A stretch of 64,000 bases of DNA, taken from Candidatus Latescibacterota bacterium. GTDB taxonomy: Bacteria; Latescibacterota; UBA2968. Position 1 is the stretch's first letter. Every line of letters starts with the position of its first letter. Under the pieces are notes generated by a model. It was not told the DNA's origin. It ran no database searches and saw only the letters and a program-made list of their open reading frames with translations. A program made the position numbers and the translations under genes. The stretch covers positions 2,112,001 through 2,176,000 of the forward strand of contig OZ242320.1 of the NCBI GenBank assembly GCA_965208125.1, in the 5' to 3' direction. Positions 1-8,954 of the stretch are shown here, in pieces.

Positions 1-412
1 CTGGCAAAATCTCATGGTCGCCCCACAATTCCGCTGCTTGAACAGCGGCATCTCTAATCTCCACATCATCCAAAGCTAACGCATCACGCACGAGTTCGGA
101 ACGCCATGAGCTTGTTCCTAAATGTTCTTGACGCCCAAGGCAACGCAGAACAGACGCCGTGAAGACCGGTTGTGCGGTATCTAAGGAAAAATCTCTCAAC
201 CACTCGAGAATACGCGCGTCTTCCCCGGATTGCAATGCTAGCTCTATAATATCCTCAGCCTTATGGTACATACCGTCCTCAAGGGATTCGGTTTCAAAGG
301 CCGCGTGCAATTTGTTTGCAAGTCGCATTTGTTTGCAATCCTCATCCCAATTCGGTTTGAATCGAAACTCGCAGAGTGCTTCTCCAATAGGTGGATTACT
401 ATAATCAGACAT
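1..412 (-). CDS. Hypothetical protein running off the window start; TIGR04255-like N-terminus followed by HEAT-like helices
   Basis: Manual translation from ATG at 412: MSDYSNPPIGEALCEFRF...VEIRDAAVQAAELWGD, open to position 1; not in the ORF track. Confidence 0.65.
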   Translation of the reverse strand, partial: MSDYSNPPIGEALCEFRFKPNWDEDCKQMRLANKLHAAFETESLEDGMYHKAEDIIELALQSGEDARILEWLRDFSLDTAQPVFTASVLRCLGRQEHLGTSSWRSELVRDALALDDVEIRDAAVQAAELWGDHEILP

Positions 413-436
413 AAAAATTCTCCGGATCTTTTGTGG

Positions 437-1216
437 TTACACCGATGGCAAATCACTTAATGTAATTTGACTGAGGTTTTTCATCGAATCATTGGCCTTC
501 TCTGCCGCCCGATAGATTATTTTTTTTACTGCTTCCTGCAGAAAAGAGCGTTCTTGTGCCGTCAGATCGTCATTAATACCTTCTCGTTTTCGCGTCTCTA
601 AGGAACCGCCTTTTGTCGAGGAGAGCTGGGAGACTCTATTAAGGACTTTTTTGCTAATGTTATAGTATTGATTGGCGGGGATTTTTTGCATCTTTGCGAT
701 ATAATTAATAGTAGTAAAACAGAAATAAGCCATGCTTGCCAATGACTCGTGGCCTCTACGATAATGCATATAACGGTCGTACATCGTCTGAACATCAGGA
801 TCGATAGACAGGCCCGATGGCGGTGAAGGATAATCAGGAGGTGCTATGGTAACAGCAGAAACTGAGGTCGTTATCTTCAATCTAACAGGTGTGGCGGAGA
901 CGCTTTTTTTACCTGGCGTAGGATTTCGATCCACGATCTTTGCTCTGGCAAATTTCAACTTGAAGAAGTCAGGACCACGCTTTAAACCTGCATCTAACTC
1001 CCATACGCGGATATATTTATCGATTGATTGCCGCGCTTCTAATTCTGTGGCATAATGCTTCTTTAACTTAAAACATACTTTCCTATCCCTAACTTTTACC
1101 CGAAATGCTGGCTCATCACGAACGAATGGCCTCGCTTTTTCGTAGTTCACAGAGTCGTCGTGTTCAATATGATAAATTAAGGCATCCACGTGGGGATTGT
1201 TCATTGTCAACTCCAC
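437..1216 (-). CDS. Hypothetical protein, possibly with a HEPN-like helical C-terminus
   Basis: 259-aa ORF in an AT-rich patch; the HEPN-like call is weak inference. Confidence 0.6.
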   Translation of the reverse strand: MELTMNNPHVDALIYHIEHDDSVNYEKARPFVRDEPAFRVKVRDRKVCFKLKKHYATELEARQSIDKYIRVWELDAGLKRGPDFFKLKFARAKIVDRNPTPGKKSVSATPVRLKITTSVSAVTIAPPDYPSPPSGLSIDPDVQTMYDRYMHYRRGHESLASMAYFCFTTINYIAKMQKIPANQYYNISKKVLNRVSQLSSTKGGSLETRKREGINDDLTAQERSFLQEAVKKIIYRAAEKANDSMKNLSQITLSDLPSV

Positions 1217-1217
1217 T

Positions 1218-1434
1218 GTACTTCAGATAAACCATCACAGACGCGATTAGACAAAACCATCCCGCACAGCGCGTAAGTCCGTCTCGCAGCGGACATCTTT
1301 ATGGCACCTCAACTGTGAAGGCCACTCCATGTAGTATTTCCATAGAAGCGATTTGCGCTGTGCAAGCCCCCCGCAGGGGCGCCCTTTTTTTGCTTCATTT
1401 TTTTGGGCGCGCAAAAAAATGAAGTCGCCGAAGG
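1218..1434 (+). repeat. Dispersed structured non-coding element, copy 1
   Basis: Colinear similarity to 56704-56940 with several conserved hairpins. Confidence 0.8.
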
Positions 1435-1551
1435 CATGTAAAAAAAAATAATAAAAAACTTTATACGTCGTTGTGCTACAAAAAATGAATTATGCACATC
1501 CCTCAATTATATAATAGGCCGATTTCTCATCTTTACCTTAAACGTGTCCGC

Positions 1552-1580
1552 TTGACAAAATATAACAAGTTTGTTATCTG
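1552..1580 (+). promoter_or_regulatory. Sigma70-like promoter overlapped by the palindrome ATAACAA-GT-TTGTTAT (probable autoregulatory operator)
   Basis: TTGACA at 1552; inverted repeat 1562-1577 upstream of an XRE gene. Confidence 0.55.
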
Positions 1581-1624
1581 AACACATCGCAGGGAGGATA
1601 AAATAATCCTCATTAGGAGGGAAA

Positions 1625-1909
1625 ATGCTCAGTCATAAAGAATTGATCGCAAAAATGCGGTCACAGCCTGGATATAAAGAAAAGTATGATGAGGCAGCAC
1701 CTGAATTTGAGTTGCTGCACAAGATGCTTGAGGCGCGAAAACGCGCTGGTATGACTCAAGAGCAGGTCGCTGAGAAGATGGGTACAAAGGCAACCGCGAT
1801 CACTCGCTTAGAGTCTACCAATAGCCGACATTCCCCCAAAGTAGAAACGCTGCGAAAATATGCAGAGGCCGTAGGCTGTCGGCTCAATATTGAGTTGATC
1901 CCCGATTGA
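1625..1909 (+). CDS. XRE-family HTH protein (HigA-like antitoxin), no adjacent toxin
   Basis: ARKRAGMTQEQVAEKMGTKATAITRLE HTH; AGGAGG RBS. Confidence 0.85.
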   Translation: MLSHKELIAKMRSQPGYKEKYDEAAPEFELLHKMLEARKRAGMTQEQVAEKMGTKATAITRLESTNSRHSPKVETLRKYAEAVGCRLNIELIPD

Positions 1910-1965
1910 CGTGAGGATATCGGTTTAATAAAGGCAATTATGTAGGATAGTGCCGGAAAAAACAC

Positions 1966-1994
1966 TTGAAAATATATTGCTATTTTTGTATAAT
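1966..1994 (+). promoter_or_regulatory. Near-consensus sigma70 promoter
   Basis: TTGAAA-17 bp-TATAAT. Confidence 0.75.
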
Positions 1995-1999
1995 TGAGC

Positions 2000-2065
2000 A
2001 TTATCCCTTCAGAACTACGTGCGTCTGAAGCCCCCGGACTCGTTAGTGGGTCCGGGTTTTTTTTT
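2000..2065 (+). ncRNA. Putative ~65-nt structured leader or small RNA ending in an intrinsic terminator, upstream of the NYN gene
   Basis: Hairpin CTTCAGA/TCTGAAG (2007-2030), then CCCGGAC/GTCCGGG plus T9 (2033-2065), directly after the promoter. Confidence 0.55.
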
Positions 2066-2088
2066 GTGATTTTTGTCAAGGAATAATT

Positions 2089-2708
2089 ATGCAAAAAAGC
2101 AATCGAACTCTAGTTTTTGTTGACGGGTTTAATGTCTATCACGCTATAAAAACACCGCGATTAGGTAAGTATATAGATGGTTAAACTATTGGAAACTTGC
2201 AGAAGAATTTTTACAACCCAAAGATCAATTAGTTGGTGTTTTGTACTTTACAGCCATACCACCTTGGGATATTCACAAACGCAATAGACATAAACGCCTG
2301 ATTTCTGCTAACCAATTCTATGGTGTGCAGGTAATATCCGGGAAATTTCGATACACTACAAAGCGATGTAGAAAGTGCAGACAAGAATACCATACTTATG
2401 AAGAGAAACGCACAGACGTAAATATAGCAGTACATCTACTTAAAAATGCACAAGAAGACAATTACGACAAGGCTGTACTGGTTTCTGGTGACAGTGATAT
2501 AATTCCGGCGATTGAGGCAGTAAAACAAACATTCCCCGAAAAGGAAATCTCTTTAGTTATTCCTATTGGGGGCAAGGCTCGTGAGCTTACAAATTTTGTC
2601 GGCTCATCCATGCAAATGAAAGAAATCCATCTTAGAACAAGTCAACTACCCGGAACAGTAACGCTTCAAAATGGTGTGGCTTTACAGAGACCTATACAAT
2701 GGACATGA
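2089..2708 (+). pseudogene. NYN-domain (LabA/DUF88, PIN fold) ribonuclease with a 2-bp frameshift
   Basis: VFVDGFNVYH from ATG 2089; extra AT in TATATA 2170-2175; second frame gives RWLNYWKLA...YFTA...EEKRTDVNIA...VSGDSD. Confidence 0.85.
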
Positions 2709-2749
2709 GGTTTCCAACTACGGCACTATCCTACATAATCGCCTTAATA

Positions 2750-2797
2750 AAAAAGAACGGGTAGAGAATTATAATATTCTTTACCCGTTTCCTTTTT
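2750..2797. terminator. Probable bidirectional intrinsic terminator
   Basis: AACGGGTA...TACCCGTT stem flanked by A and T runs between convergent genes. Confidence 0.65.
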
Positions 2798-2806
2798 GTC
2801 CTCGCT

Positions 2807-2897
2807 GACGGTCTGTTTTAGAGGGTCATGTCTTGACCCTCACCGTTTGACCCTCAGTTTCAGACCCTCTAATTTTGACGGTCAGATTTAGACCCTC
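2807..2897. repeat. Seven-unit array with 14-bp period: core GA(C/G)3TC plus variable 7-bp spacer
   Basis: Cores at 2807, 2821, 2835, 2849, 2863, 2877, 2891. Confidence 0.85.
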
Positions 2898-3462
2898 AGA
2901 ATATTTGTCTTACGATGGTGTTCAAGTTGTAATCCGGCAGGTCTAATACCACATAAGAGGGGAGGTCCAATTGTTGCCAGAGGTCGAAGCCATTTGTCCG
3001 GGTTTTTTGGGCGGTGAATAGAGAGATGACGGTGCCGTGGGTGGCGATGGCGATGGTTTTGTGCGGGTGTGTTTTCACTGCTTTTTCAACGGCTTGAGTG
3101 AATCGCGTGCGGGCCTGATGTGCTGTTTCATTGCCGAATATCAGGTCGTTGGGGCGTGCGAAGAAGGTTTTTACGGTGGTGTGCCATGTTTCTAGGGGGA
3201 TAAAGGGGACGCCTTTGCGGTCGTGTTCGTGAAGGTTGGGTGCTGATGTATAGGGGATTTGAAGGATGTCGGCGACGCGTTGACCCGTTTCTCGTGCTTT
3301 GGGTTCTTCGCTTGTGATGATGAGGTCCGGTTTATAGGGGCGCAATGCTTCGGCGAGAGGGATGCAACTTGCGCGTCCGCTATCCGATAGTTGCCAGTCT
3401 GGGGCGGATTGTGTTTTGTCGATTTGAGGCAAAGCGTGTTTGATTAAGATGAGATGGTTCAT
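2896..3462 (-). CDS. Histidine phosphatase (phosphoglycerate mutase-like) family protein
   Basis: LILIKHA, SEEPKARETG, LHEH and ATHG motifs. Confidence 0.85.
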   Translation of the reverse strand: MNHLILIKHALPQIDKTQSAPDWQLSDSGRASCIPLAEALRPYKPDLIITSEEPKARETGQRVADILQIPYTSAPNLHEHDRKGVPFIPLETWHTTVKTFFARPNDLIFGNETAHQARTRFTQAVEKAVKTHPHKTIAIATHGTVISLFTAQKTRTNGFDLWQQLDLPSYVVLDLPDYNLNTIVRQIF

Positions 3463-3565
3463 GAAAGTGCTCCGGTTATGTGTTATATGACTTAGACTGA
3501 GCGAGCGAAAATTGTACGTCGCGGTGTCTTGCATATTGGGGCGGTGTTCGGTATAATTTACTTTT

Positions 3566-4099
3566 ATGGATATTGATATTCGCTCTCTGAAATCGTCTGA
3601 GGTGTTTCGGCTTCGCTATTTGCCGTTTTCCCGGAAAGAAACGCAACGGCGGCGGTTTATGCTACAGGAATCCGGCAGGCTCATTTTTTTTGTGGCATGG
3701 CGGGGCAATTTGCCGGTGGCTCAGGTGTTGCTCAATTGGGAAGGTGGCGATGCTGCTGGCGTGCCGCCGCAAGTGCGACCATGGCCCGAGGTGTCATCGC
3801 TTTTTGTGCATCCAGATTATCGGCGGATGGGCATTGCGTCGCGGTTGTTAGAGGTGTGTGAGCGGATTACTTTTCAGCGAGGCTATGAGAATATTGGTCT
3901 GTGCGTTTACGTGAAGAATCATCCTGCGCTGAATTTGTACGCACGCCGCGGGTACAAAGATGCGGGATGGGAACCGTATTTGGCCCGGGGTGTTTATACT
4001 GATGCCAATGGCGGGCAGAGTAACTGGCGAGAGACGCGCGTTTATTTGATTAAGTCACTCAGGAAAAAATATGAATCCAGATCCTTTTGTTCAGTTTGA
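3566..4099 (+). CDS. GNAT N-acetyltransferase
   Basis: LFVHPDYRRMGIASRLL; NHPALNLYARRGY. Confidence 0.9.
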   Translation: MDIDIRSLKSSEVFRLRYLPFSRKETQRRRFMLQESGRLIFFVAWRGNLPVAQVLLNWEGGDAAGVPPQVRPWPEVSSLFVHPDYRRMGIASRLLEVCERITFQRGYENIGLCVYVKNHPALNLYARRGYKDAGWEPYLARGVYTDANGGQSNWRETRVYLIKSLRKKYESRSFCSV

Positions 4100-4652
4100 G
4101 ATGTGGTTTGAAGAGGCGAGGGCTTCGGAGCCGACACTGCCCGAGGCCGCGGCTCTGGCTACGGCGACGCGCGATGGAAAGCCTTCGGTGCGTATGGTGC
4201 TGGTGAAGCAGTGCGATCGGGATGGGTTTGTGTTTTTTACGAATTTGGAGAGTCGCAAGGCAGATGAGTTGGCGGAGAATCCCAGGGCAGCTCTGCTGTT
4301 TCACTGGAAGTCGCTGGTCAGGCAGGTGCGTATTGAGGGACGGGTTGAGGCTGTTTCGGACGCGGTGTCCAGGGCGTATTTTGATTCGCGTCCCCGGGGT
4401 AGTCGCTTGAGTGCCTGGGCGTCGCCTCAAAGCGAGGCGATTCCCGATCGGGCGTTTTTGGAAGATCGCGTGGCAGAGTTGAGTCGGAAATATCCGGGAG
4501 AGGATGTGCCGTTGCCGGATTTTTGGGGGGGCTATCGGGTGGTTCCCGATCAGTTTGAATTTTGGGTGAATAGGGATGATCGGTTGCACGATCGGTTTTT
4601 GTATGTTCGGCAAGGTGATGGCGCGTGGAGGCGCGCTTTGCTGGCGCCGTGA
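4071..4652 (+). CDS. pdxH: Pyridoxamine 5'-phosphate oxidase
   Basis: PSVRMVLVK, FFTNLESRK, RQVRIEG, EFW..RLHDR. Confidence 0.95.
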   Translation: MNPDPFVQFEMWFEEARASEPTLPEAAALATATRDGKPSVRMVLVKQCDRDGFVFFTNLESRKADELAENPRAALLFHWKSLVRQVRIEGRVEAVSDAVSRAYFDSRPRGSRLSAWASPQSEAIPDRAFLEDRVAELSRKYPGEDVPLPDFWGGYRVVPDQFEFWVNRDDRLHDRFLYVRQGDGAWRRALLAP

Positions 4653-4683
4653 GAAGTGAGAAGTGTGAAGTGTGAAGTGAGAA
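4649..4683 (+). repeat. Heptamer tandem repeat GTG(A/T)GAA x5 starting at the pdxH stop codon
   Basis: gtgagaa gtgagaa gtgtgaa gtgtgaa gtgagaa. Confidence 0.85.
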
Positions 4684-4698
4684 AAGATAGGAATTACG

Positions 4699-5421
4699 AT
4701 GACCAAACTCAGTGTAAATTTGAATCGGGTGGCGCTGTTGCGGAATAGCCGGCCGCTTACTTTTCCCAGTGTGACGAGGGCGGCGCAGGTGTGTATTGAT
4801 GCGGGTGCGCATGGGATTACGGTGCATCCCCGGCCCGACGAGCGGCATATTCGCAGGACGGATGTTTATGAGTTGAAAGAGGTAATTTCAGGGGTGGAGT
4901 ACAATATTGAGGGCAATCCCTTTCCCGATTTTATGGATATGGTGCGGGATGTGGTGCCAGATCAGTGTACGCTGGTGCCCGATGAACCGGATCAGAGTAC
5001 GTCCGATCACGGTTGGGATTTGAGGCGGGATGGCGAGCGGCTTGTGCCGATTATTGCGGAGTTGAAAGGTCTGGGTATTCGGGTTTCTCTGTTTATGGAT
5101 CCGGTGCCGGAAGATATGGCTCTGGCAAAGGATTTGGGCGCGGATCGCGTTGAGCTTTATACGGAGTCTTACGCTTCTGCTTGTGACGGGGGCGATGTGG
5201 GGCCTGTTTTTCGGCAGTACGCGGATTCGGCTCGCGCGGCACAGGATGCGGGGCTGGGGGTTAATGCGGGGCACGATCTCAATCTCGATAATTTGGGTGA
5301 GTTTGTGACGATTCCCGGGATTCTCGAGGTGTCTATTGGTCACGCGCTGATCGCAGATACTGTTTTTATGGGGTTGGAGAATACGGTGAAGGCGTATTTG
5401 AAGGTGTTGGGGTATGGGTGA
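4699..5421 (+). CDS. pdxJ: Pyridoxine 5'-phosphate synthase
   Basis: LSVNLN, GITVHPRPDERHI, NAGHDLN, EVSIGHALI. Confidence 0.97.
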   Translation: MTKLSVNLNRVALLRNSRPLTFPSVTRAAQVCIDAGAHGITVHPRPDERHIRRTDVYELKEVISGVEYNIEGNPFPDFMDMVRDVVPDQCTLVPDEPDQSTSDHGWDLRRDGERLVPIIAELKGLGIRVSLFMDPVPEDMALAKDLGADRVELYTESYASACDGGDVGPVFRQYADSARAAQDAGLGVNAGHDLNLDNLGEFVTIPGILEVSIGHALIADTVFMGLENTVKAYLKVLGYG

Positions 5422-5425
5422 GGCT

Positions 5426-5496
5426 GGGACGGCACAGGGGCCGTCCCCTACGATGACATTGTGGTTTGTTGTAGGGACAACCCCCTGTGGTTGTCC
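5426..5496. repeat. Inverted pair of GTAG-type REP palindromes
   Basis: GGGACGGCACAGGGGCCGTCCCCTAC and GTAGGGACAACCCCCTGTGGTTGTCC. Confidence 0.75.
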
Positions 5497-5511
5497 GCTG
5501 ACCGCTAATAA

Positions 5512-5540
5512 TTGACAAAGCGTTTTCATTTGTTTATTAT
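5512..5540 (+). promoter_or_regulatory. Sigma70 promoter for tig-clpP-clpX
   Basis: TTGACA-17 bp-TATTAT. Confidence 0.7.
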
Positions 5541-5596
5541 TGCACGTTGGGCCAGTTAGTGAGTGAAGTATTATAAAGAAAGGATTATCCAACGCG

Positions 5597-6967
5597 ATGA
5601 ATGTGCAGGTAACCGAGTCGGGGACGTGGCGTCGAACATTGGAGATTGAAGCCCCGGCCGAAGATGTGGATAAGCGTCTCAATGACGCTTACAGGAAATA
5701 CAGCAAGACCCTTAATTTGCCGGGATTTCGCAAGGGTAAAATTCCCCTGAGCGTTGTCAAACGGCAATTTGGGCCGGCTATCCAGGGCGAGGTTGTCCAG
5801 GAGATGGTCGAGGAATTTTACCGGGAGGCGAGCGAGGCCGAAGGGATTCAACCCGTTTCTCAGGCGAGTATTGATGATATCAATTTTGAAGAGGGACAGC
5901 CTCTGGTGTTCAAAGCTTCTGTCGATGTCCGTCCGGAGATAACTGTGGAGACCTATAAGGGGCTGAAGGTGACGCGGCCTGTGTTTGCGGTTGAAGACGA
6001 GCATGTTGATGGCAGGTTGCGGTATATGCAAGAGGAGAGTGCGACCGAGCAAGTTGTCGAGCGCGCTGCCGATCTCGACGATGTGGTTTTTGCCGATGTC
6101 GAAGAACTCGATGAGGGCGGCAGTCCCGTGGCCGATCACAGGTCAGAAGATCAATCGATTCGGCTGTTTAAGACGGAAGACGATAAGCCGACTGAATTGG
6201 CAGAGCAATTGATGGGCATTTCGGCTGGTGAGTCCCGTGAGATTACAATTACGCGGCCCGTTCAGGATGCGCACGATCACGAGGATTGCGATCACGATCA
6301 TGACCACGATGATCACGCGGGTCACGACCACGATCATGAGCATGGGGATCACGACGAAGGACCGAAAGAAGAGACCGTGATGTTTCGCGTGATGGCGAAA
6401 GAAATACGCGAGCGCGAGTTGCCCGAATTGGATGATGAATTGGCTCAGGATGTCGGCGGCGTGGAGACGTTGGACGAACTCAAGGCGCAAATTCGCAATG
6501 AGATGCAGGCGCAGTACGATCAGGTGATCCGCCAGCGCGTTGAGGAGAATTTGATGGATGCGCTGATTGAGGGAAATCCTTTTGAGGTTCCCGATAGCAT
6601 GGTCGAAAACTATCTCGATGGTATGATTGAGTCGTACAAGCGAGAGCACGCCGGTCACGACCACGGGATTGACGAAGACGCGCTTCGCGAGGAAGGGCGC
6701 GATCAAGCCGAACGCGGTGTCAAACGCTTTTTGTTGCTGGATGCTGTTGCCGATCAGGAAGATATTGAGGTGACGGATGACGATCTGGACAAGCATCTCG
6801 AGGAGATGTCGCAACGGCACAATATCGAAGGACCGCGTCTGCGTCAGATTTTGAGCCGAACCGAACAGCTCGATCAGATTGAGTCGGAGATTAAAACGCA
6901 GAAGACGTTTGATTTTATCATCGATAACGCAGATGTCGAAGATGTTGAGGAAGTTGAAGGCGAATAG
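5597..6967 (+). CDS. tig: Trigger factor with a His/Asp-rich insertion
   Basis: GFRKGKIP ribosome-binding motif; precedes clpP-clpX. Confidence 0.95.
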   Translation: MNVQVTESGTWRRTLEIEAPAEDVDKRLNDAYRKYSKTLNLPGFRKGKIPLSVVKRQFGPAIQGEVVQEMVEEFYREASEAEGIQPVSQASIDDINFEEGQPLVFKASVDVRPEITVETYKGLKVTRPVFAVEDEHVDGRLRYMQEESATEQVVERAADLDDVVFADVEELDEGGSPVADHRSEDQSIRLFKTEDDKPTELAEQLMGISAGESREITITRPVQDAHDHEDCDHDHDHDDHAGHDHDHEHGDHDEGPKEETVMFRVMAKEIRERELPELDDELAQDVGGVETLDELKAQIRNEMQAQYDQVIRQRVEENLMDALIEGNPFEVPDSMVENYLDGMIESYKREHAGHDHGIDEDALREEGRDQAERGVKRFLLLDAVADQEDIEVTDDDLDKHLEEMSQRHNIEGPRLRQILSRTEQLDQIESEIKTQKTFDFIIDNADVEDVEEVEGE

Positions 6968-7000
6968 GTTTTACATTTAAACAATAAAACGGAGTTTAAT

Positions 7001-7618
7001 GTGGCTTTGGTTCCTACAGTTCTCGAACAAACAGGGCGTGGCGAGCGCGCTTATGACATTTTTTCGCGGCTGTTGCGCGATAATATTATTTTTATTGGTA
7101 CGCCGATTAACGATACGATTGCCAATCTGGTGATTGCTCAGATGTTGTTTTGCACGTCTGAAACACCCGAGAAGCCGATTCGGCTGTATATCAATTCTCC
7201 CGGCGGTAGTATTACGGCGGGTTTGGCGATTTACGATACGATGCAATACGTGCCCAACGATGTTGAGACGGTTTGCGTGGGTCAGGCTTTTTCGCTGGGT
7301 GCCGTGCTTCTTGCAGGGGGTACGAAGGGGCAGCGCCGCGCATTGCCAAATTCGCGCATTTTGCTGCATCAACCCATTGGCGGTGCAGGCGGTCAGGCTT
7401 CGGATATCGAACGCCATGCCGAAGAGATTTTGCAATATCGCGACCGTTTGAACGCCATTTTATCCGAATGTACAGGTCAGCCTATTGAGCGCATAGAAAG
7501 GGATGCAGACCGCGATTTCTTTATGTCGGCTGATGAGGCAAAGGATTATGGCTTGATTGACGAAGTGCTCATTCCCGATCAAGATCCCAACCCCGATATC
7601 GACGAAGCCTTGTTATGA
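7001..7618 (+). CDS. clpP: ATP-dependent Clp protease proteolytic subunit
   Basis: [35 protein letters not shown]. Confidence 0.97.
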   Translation: MALVPTVLEQTGRGERAYDIFSRLLRDNIIFIGTPINDTIANLVIAQMLFCTSETPEKPIRLYINSPGGSITAGLAIYDTMQYVPNDVETVCVGQAFSLGAVLLAGGTKGQRRALPNSRILLHQPIGGAGGQASDIERHAEEILQYRDRLNAILSECTGQPIERIERDADRDFFMSADEAKDYGLIDEVLIPDQDPNPDIDEALL

Positions 7619-7631
7619 GGAGTGGGGCGTT

Positions 7632-8879
7632 ATGAAACGACGGACTTCCAGAACAGAAATTCGCTGTTCTTTTTGTGGCAAGAGTGCCGATCAGGTCGAT
7701 AAGATCGTCACAGGCCCGAGCGTGAATATTTGCAGCGAGTGTATCAAGCTGTGCAATGAGGTTTTGCGAGAGGACGATCTCAAAAAGCCCGTGACGCTTC
7801 ACAAAGGGTTGCCCAAGCCGCAGGAGATTAAGACTCGTCTCGACGATTATGTGATTGGTCAAGAGCGCGCCAAGCGCGTTCTTTCGGTTGCGGTGTATAA
7901 TCATTACAAGCGCATTCGGTCCAATCAGTCTGCGGATGATGTCGAACTCGATAAGAGCAATATTTTGCTTATGGGGCCTACGGGTACTGGCAAGACGCTT
8001 TTGGCGCAAACGCTGGCGCGCATTTTGCAGGTTCCATTTTCGATTGCAGATGCCACTATTTTGACCGAAGCGGGGTATGTTGGCGAAGATGTTGAGAATA
8101 TCCTGGTGCGTCTGCTTCAGGCGGCGGATTACGATGTGGCGCAGGCCGAGATGGGTATTTTGTATTTGGACGAGGTCGATAAAATTTCTCGAAAGTCGGC
8201 CAATCCGTCTATTACGCGCGATGTGTCTGGAGAAGGTGTTCAGCAGGCGTTGTTGAAAATTCTGGAAGGTACGGTGGCGAGTATTCCGCCCAAGGGAGGG
8301 CGCAAGCATCCCGAACAACCCCTGATTCAGCTCAATACAAAAAATATTTTGTTTATTTGTGGCGGTGCTTTTGACGGCTTGGAAAGTGTTATTAGCACCC
8401 GCATCGGCCAAAAGACCATTGGTTTTGGATCCGATTCGAACGATTTGGATGAGCAAAATACCGGTGAGATTTTCCAGCATGCCGAGCCGGAAGATTTGAT
8501 TAAGTACGGTTTGATTCCAGAACTCGTTGGGCGCATGCCCGTGATGTGTGCGTTGGGCGATCTGGACGAGACTGCTCTGTTGCAGATTTTGACGGAACCG
8601 CAAAATGCGATTACAAAGCAATATCAGAAGTTGTTTGAACTCGATGGGGTTGAGCTGACCTTTGAGGATGACGCGCTGCGCGAGGTTGTTCGCATTACGC
8701 AGGATAAGGGTACAGGTGCGCGCGGGTTGCGGTCGGTTCTCGAAGTTGTTATGACGGATTTGATGTACGATATACCCACCAGTGAGGATGTAACCGAGGT
8801 CACAGTGACCTGCGATATGGTTCAAAACCGCAACAAGCCGCGTATTGAGGTTCTCGAATCGACCCAAAAGCGCGCTTAA
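7632..8879 (+). CDS. clpX: Clp protease ATP-binding subunit
   Basis: CSFCGK zinc finger, [25 protein letters not shown] loop. Confidence 0.98.
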   Translation: MKRRTSRTEIRCSFCGKSADQVDKIVTGPSVNICSECIKLCNEVLREDDLKKPVTLHKGLPKPQEIKTRLDDYVIGQERAKRVLSVAVYNHYKRIRSNQSADDVELDKSNILLMGPTGTGKTLLAQTLARILQVPFSIADATILTEAGYVGEDVENILVRLLQAADYDVAQAEMGILYLDEVDKISRKSANPSITRDVSGEGVQQALLKILEGTVASIPPKGGRKHPEQPLIQLNTKNILFICGGAFDGLESVISTRIGQKTIGFGSDSNDLDEQNTGEIFQHAEPEDLIKYGLIPELVGRMPVMCALGDLDETALLQILTEPQNAITKQYQKLFELDGVELTFEDDALREVVRITQDKGTGARGLRSVLEVVMTDLMYDIPTSEDVTEVTVTCDMVQNRNKPRIEVLESTQKRA

Positions 8880-8903
8880 AGAGATGGATATTTCCCAAAG
8901 ATG

Positions 8904-8935
8904 GGGAACCGGGGCCGAATTGGACCCCGGTTTTC
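8904..8935 (+). terminator. Hairpin or terminator after clpX
   Basis: AACCGGGG...CCCCGGTTTT. Confidence 0.55.
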
Positions 8936-8954
8936 GTTTGTGTGAAAGCTAATC

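Noticed and set aside
2807-2897. CRISPR array
   Set aside because: 7-bp cores and 7-bp spacers are far too short; no cas genes
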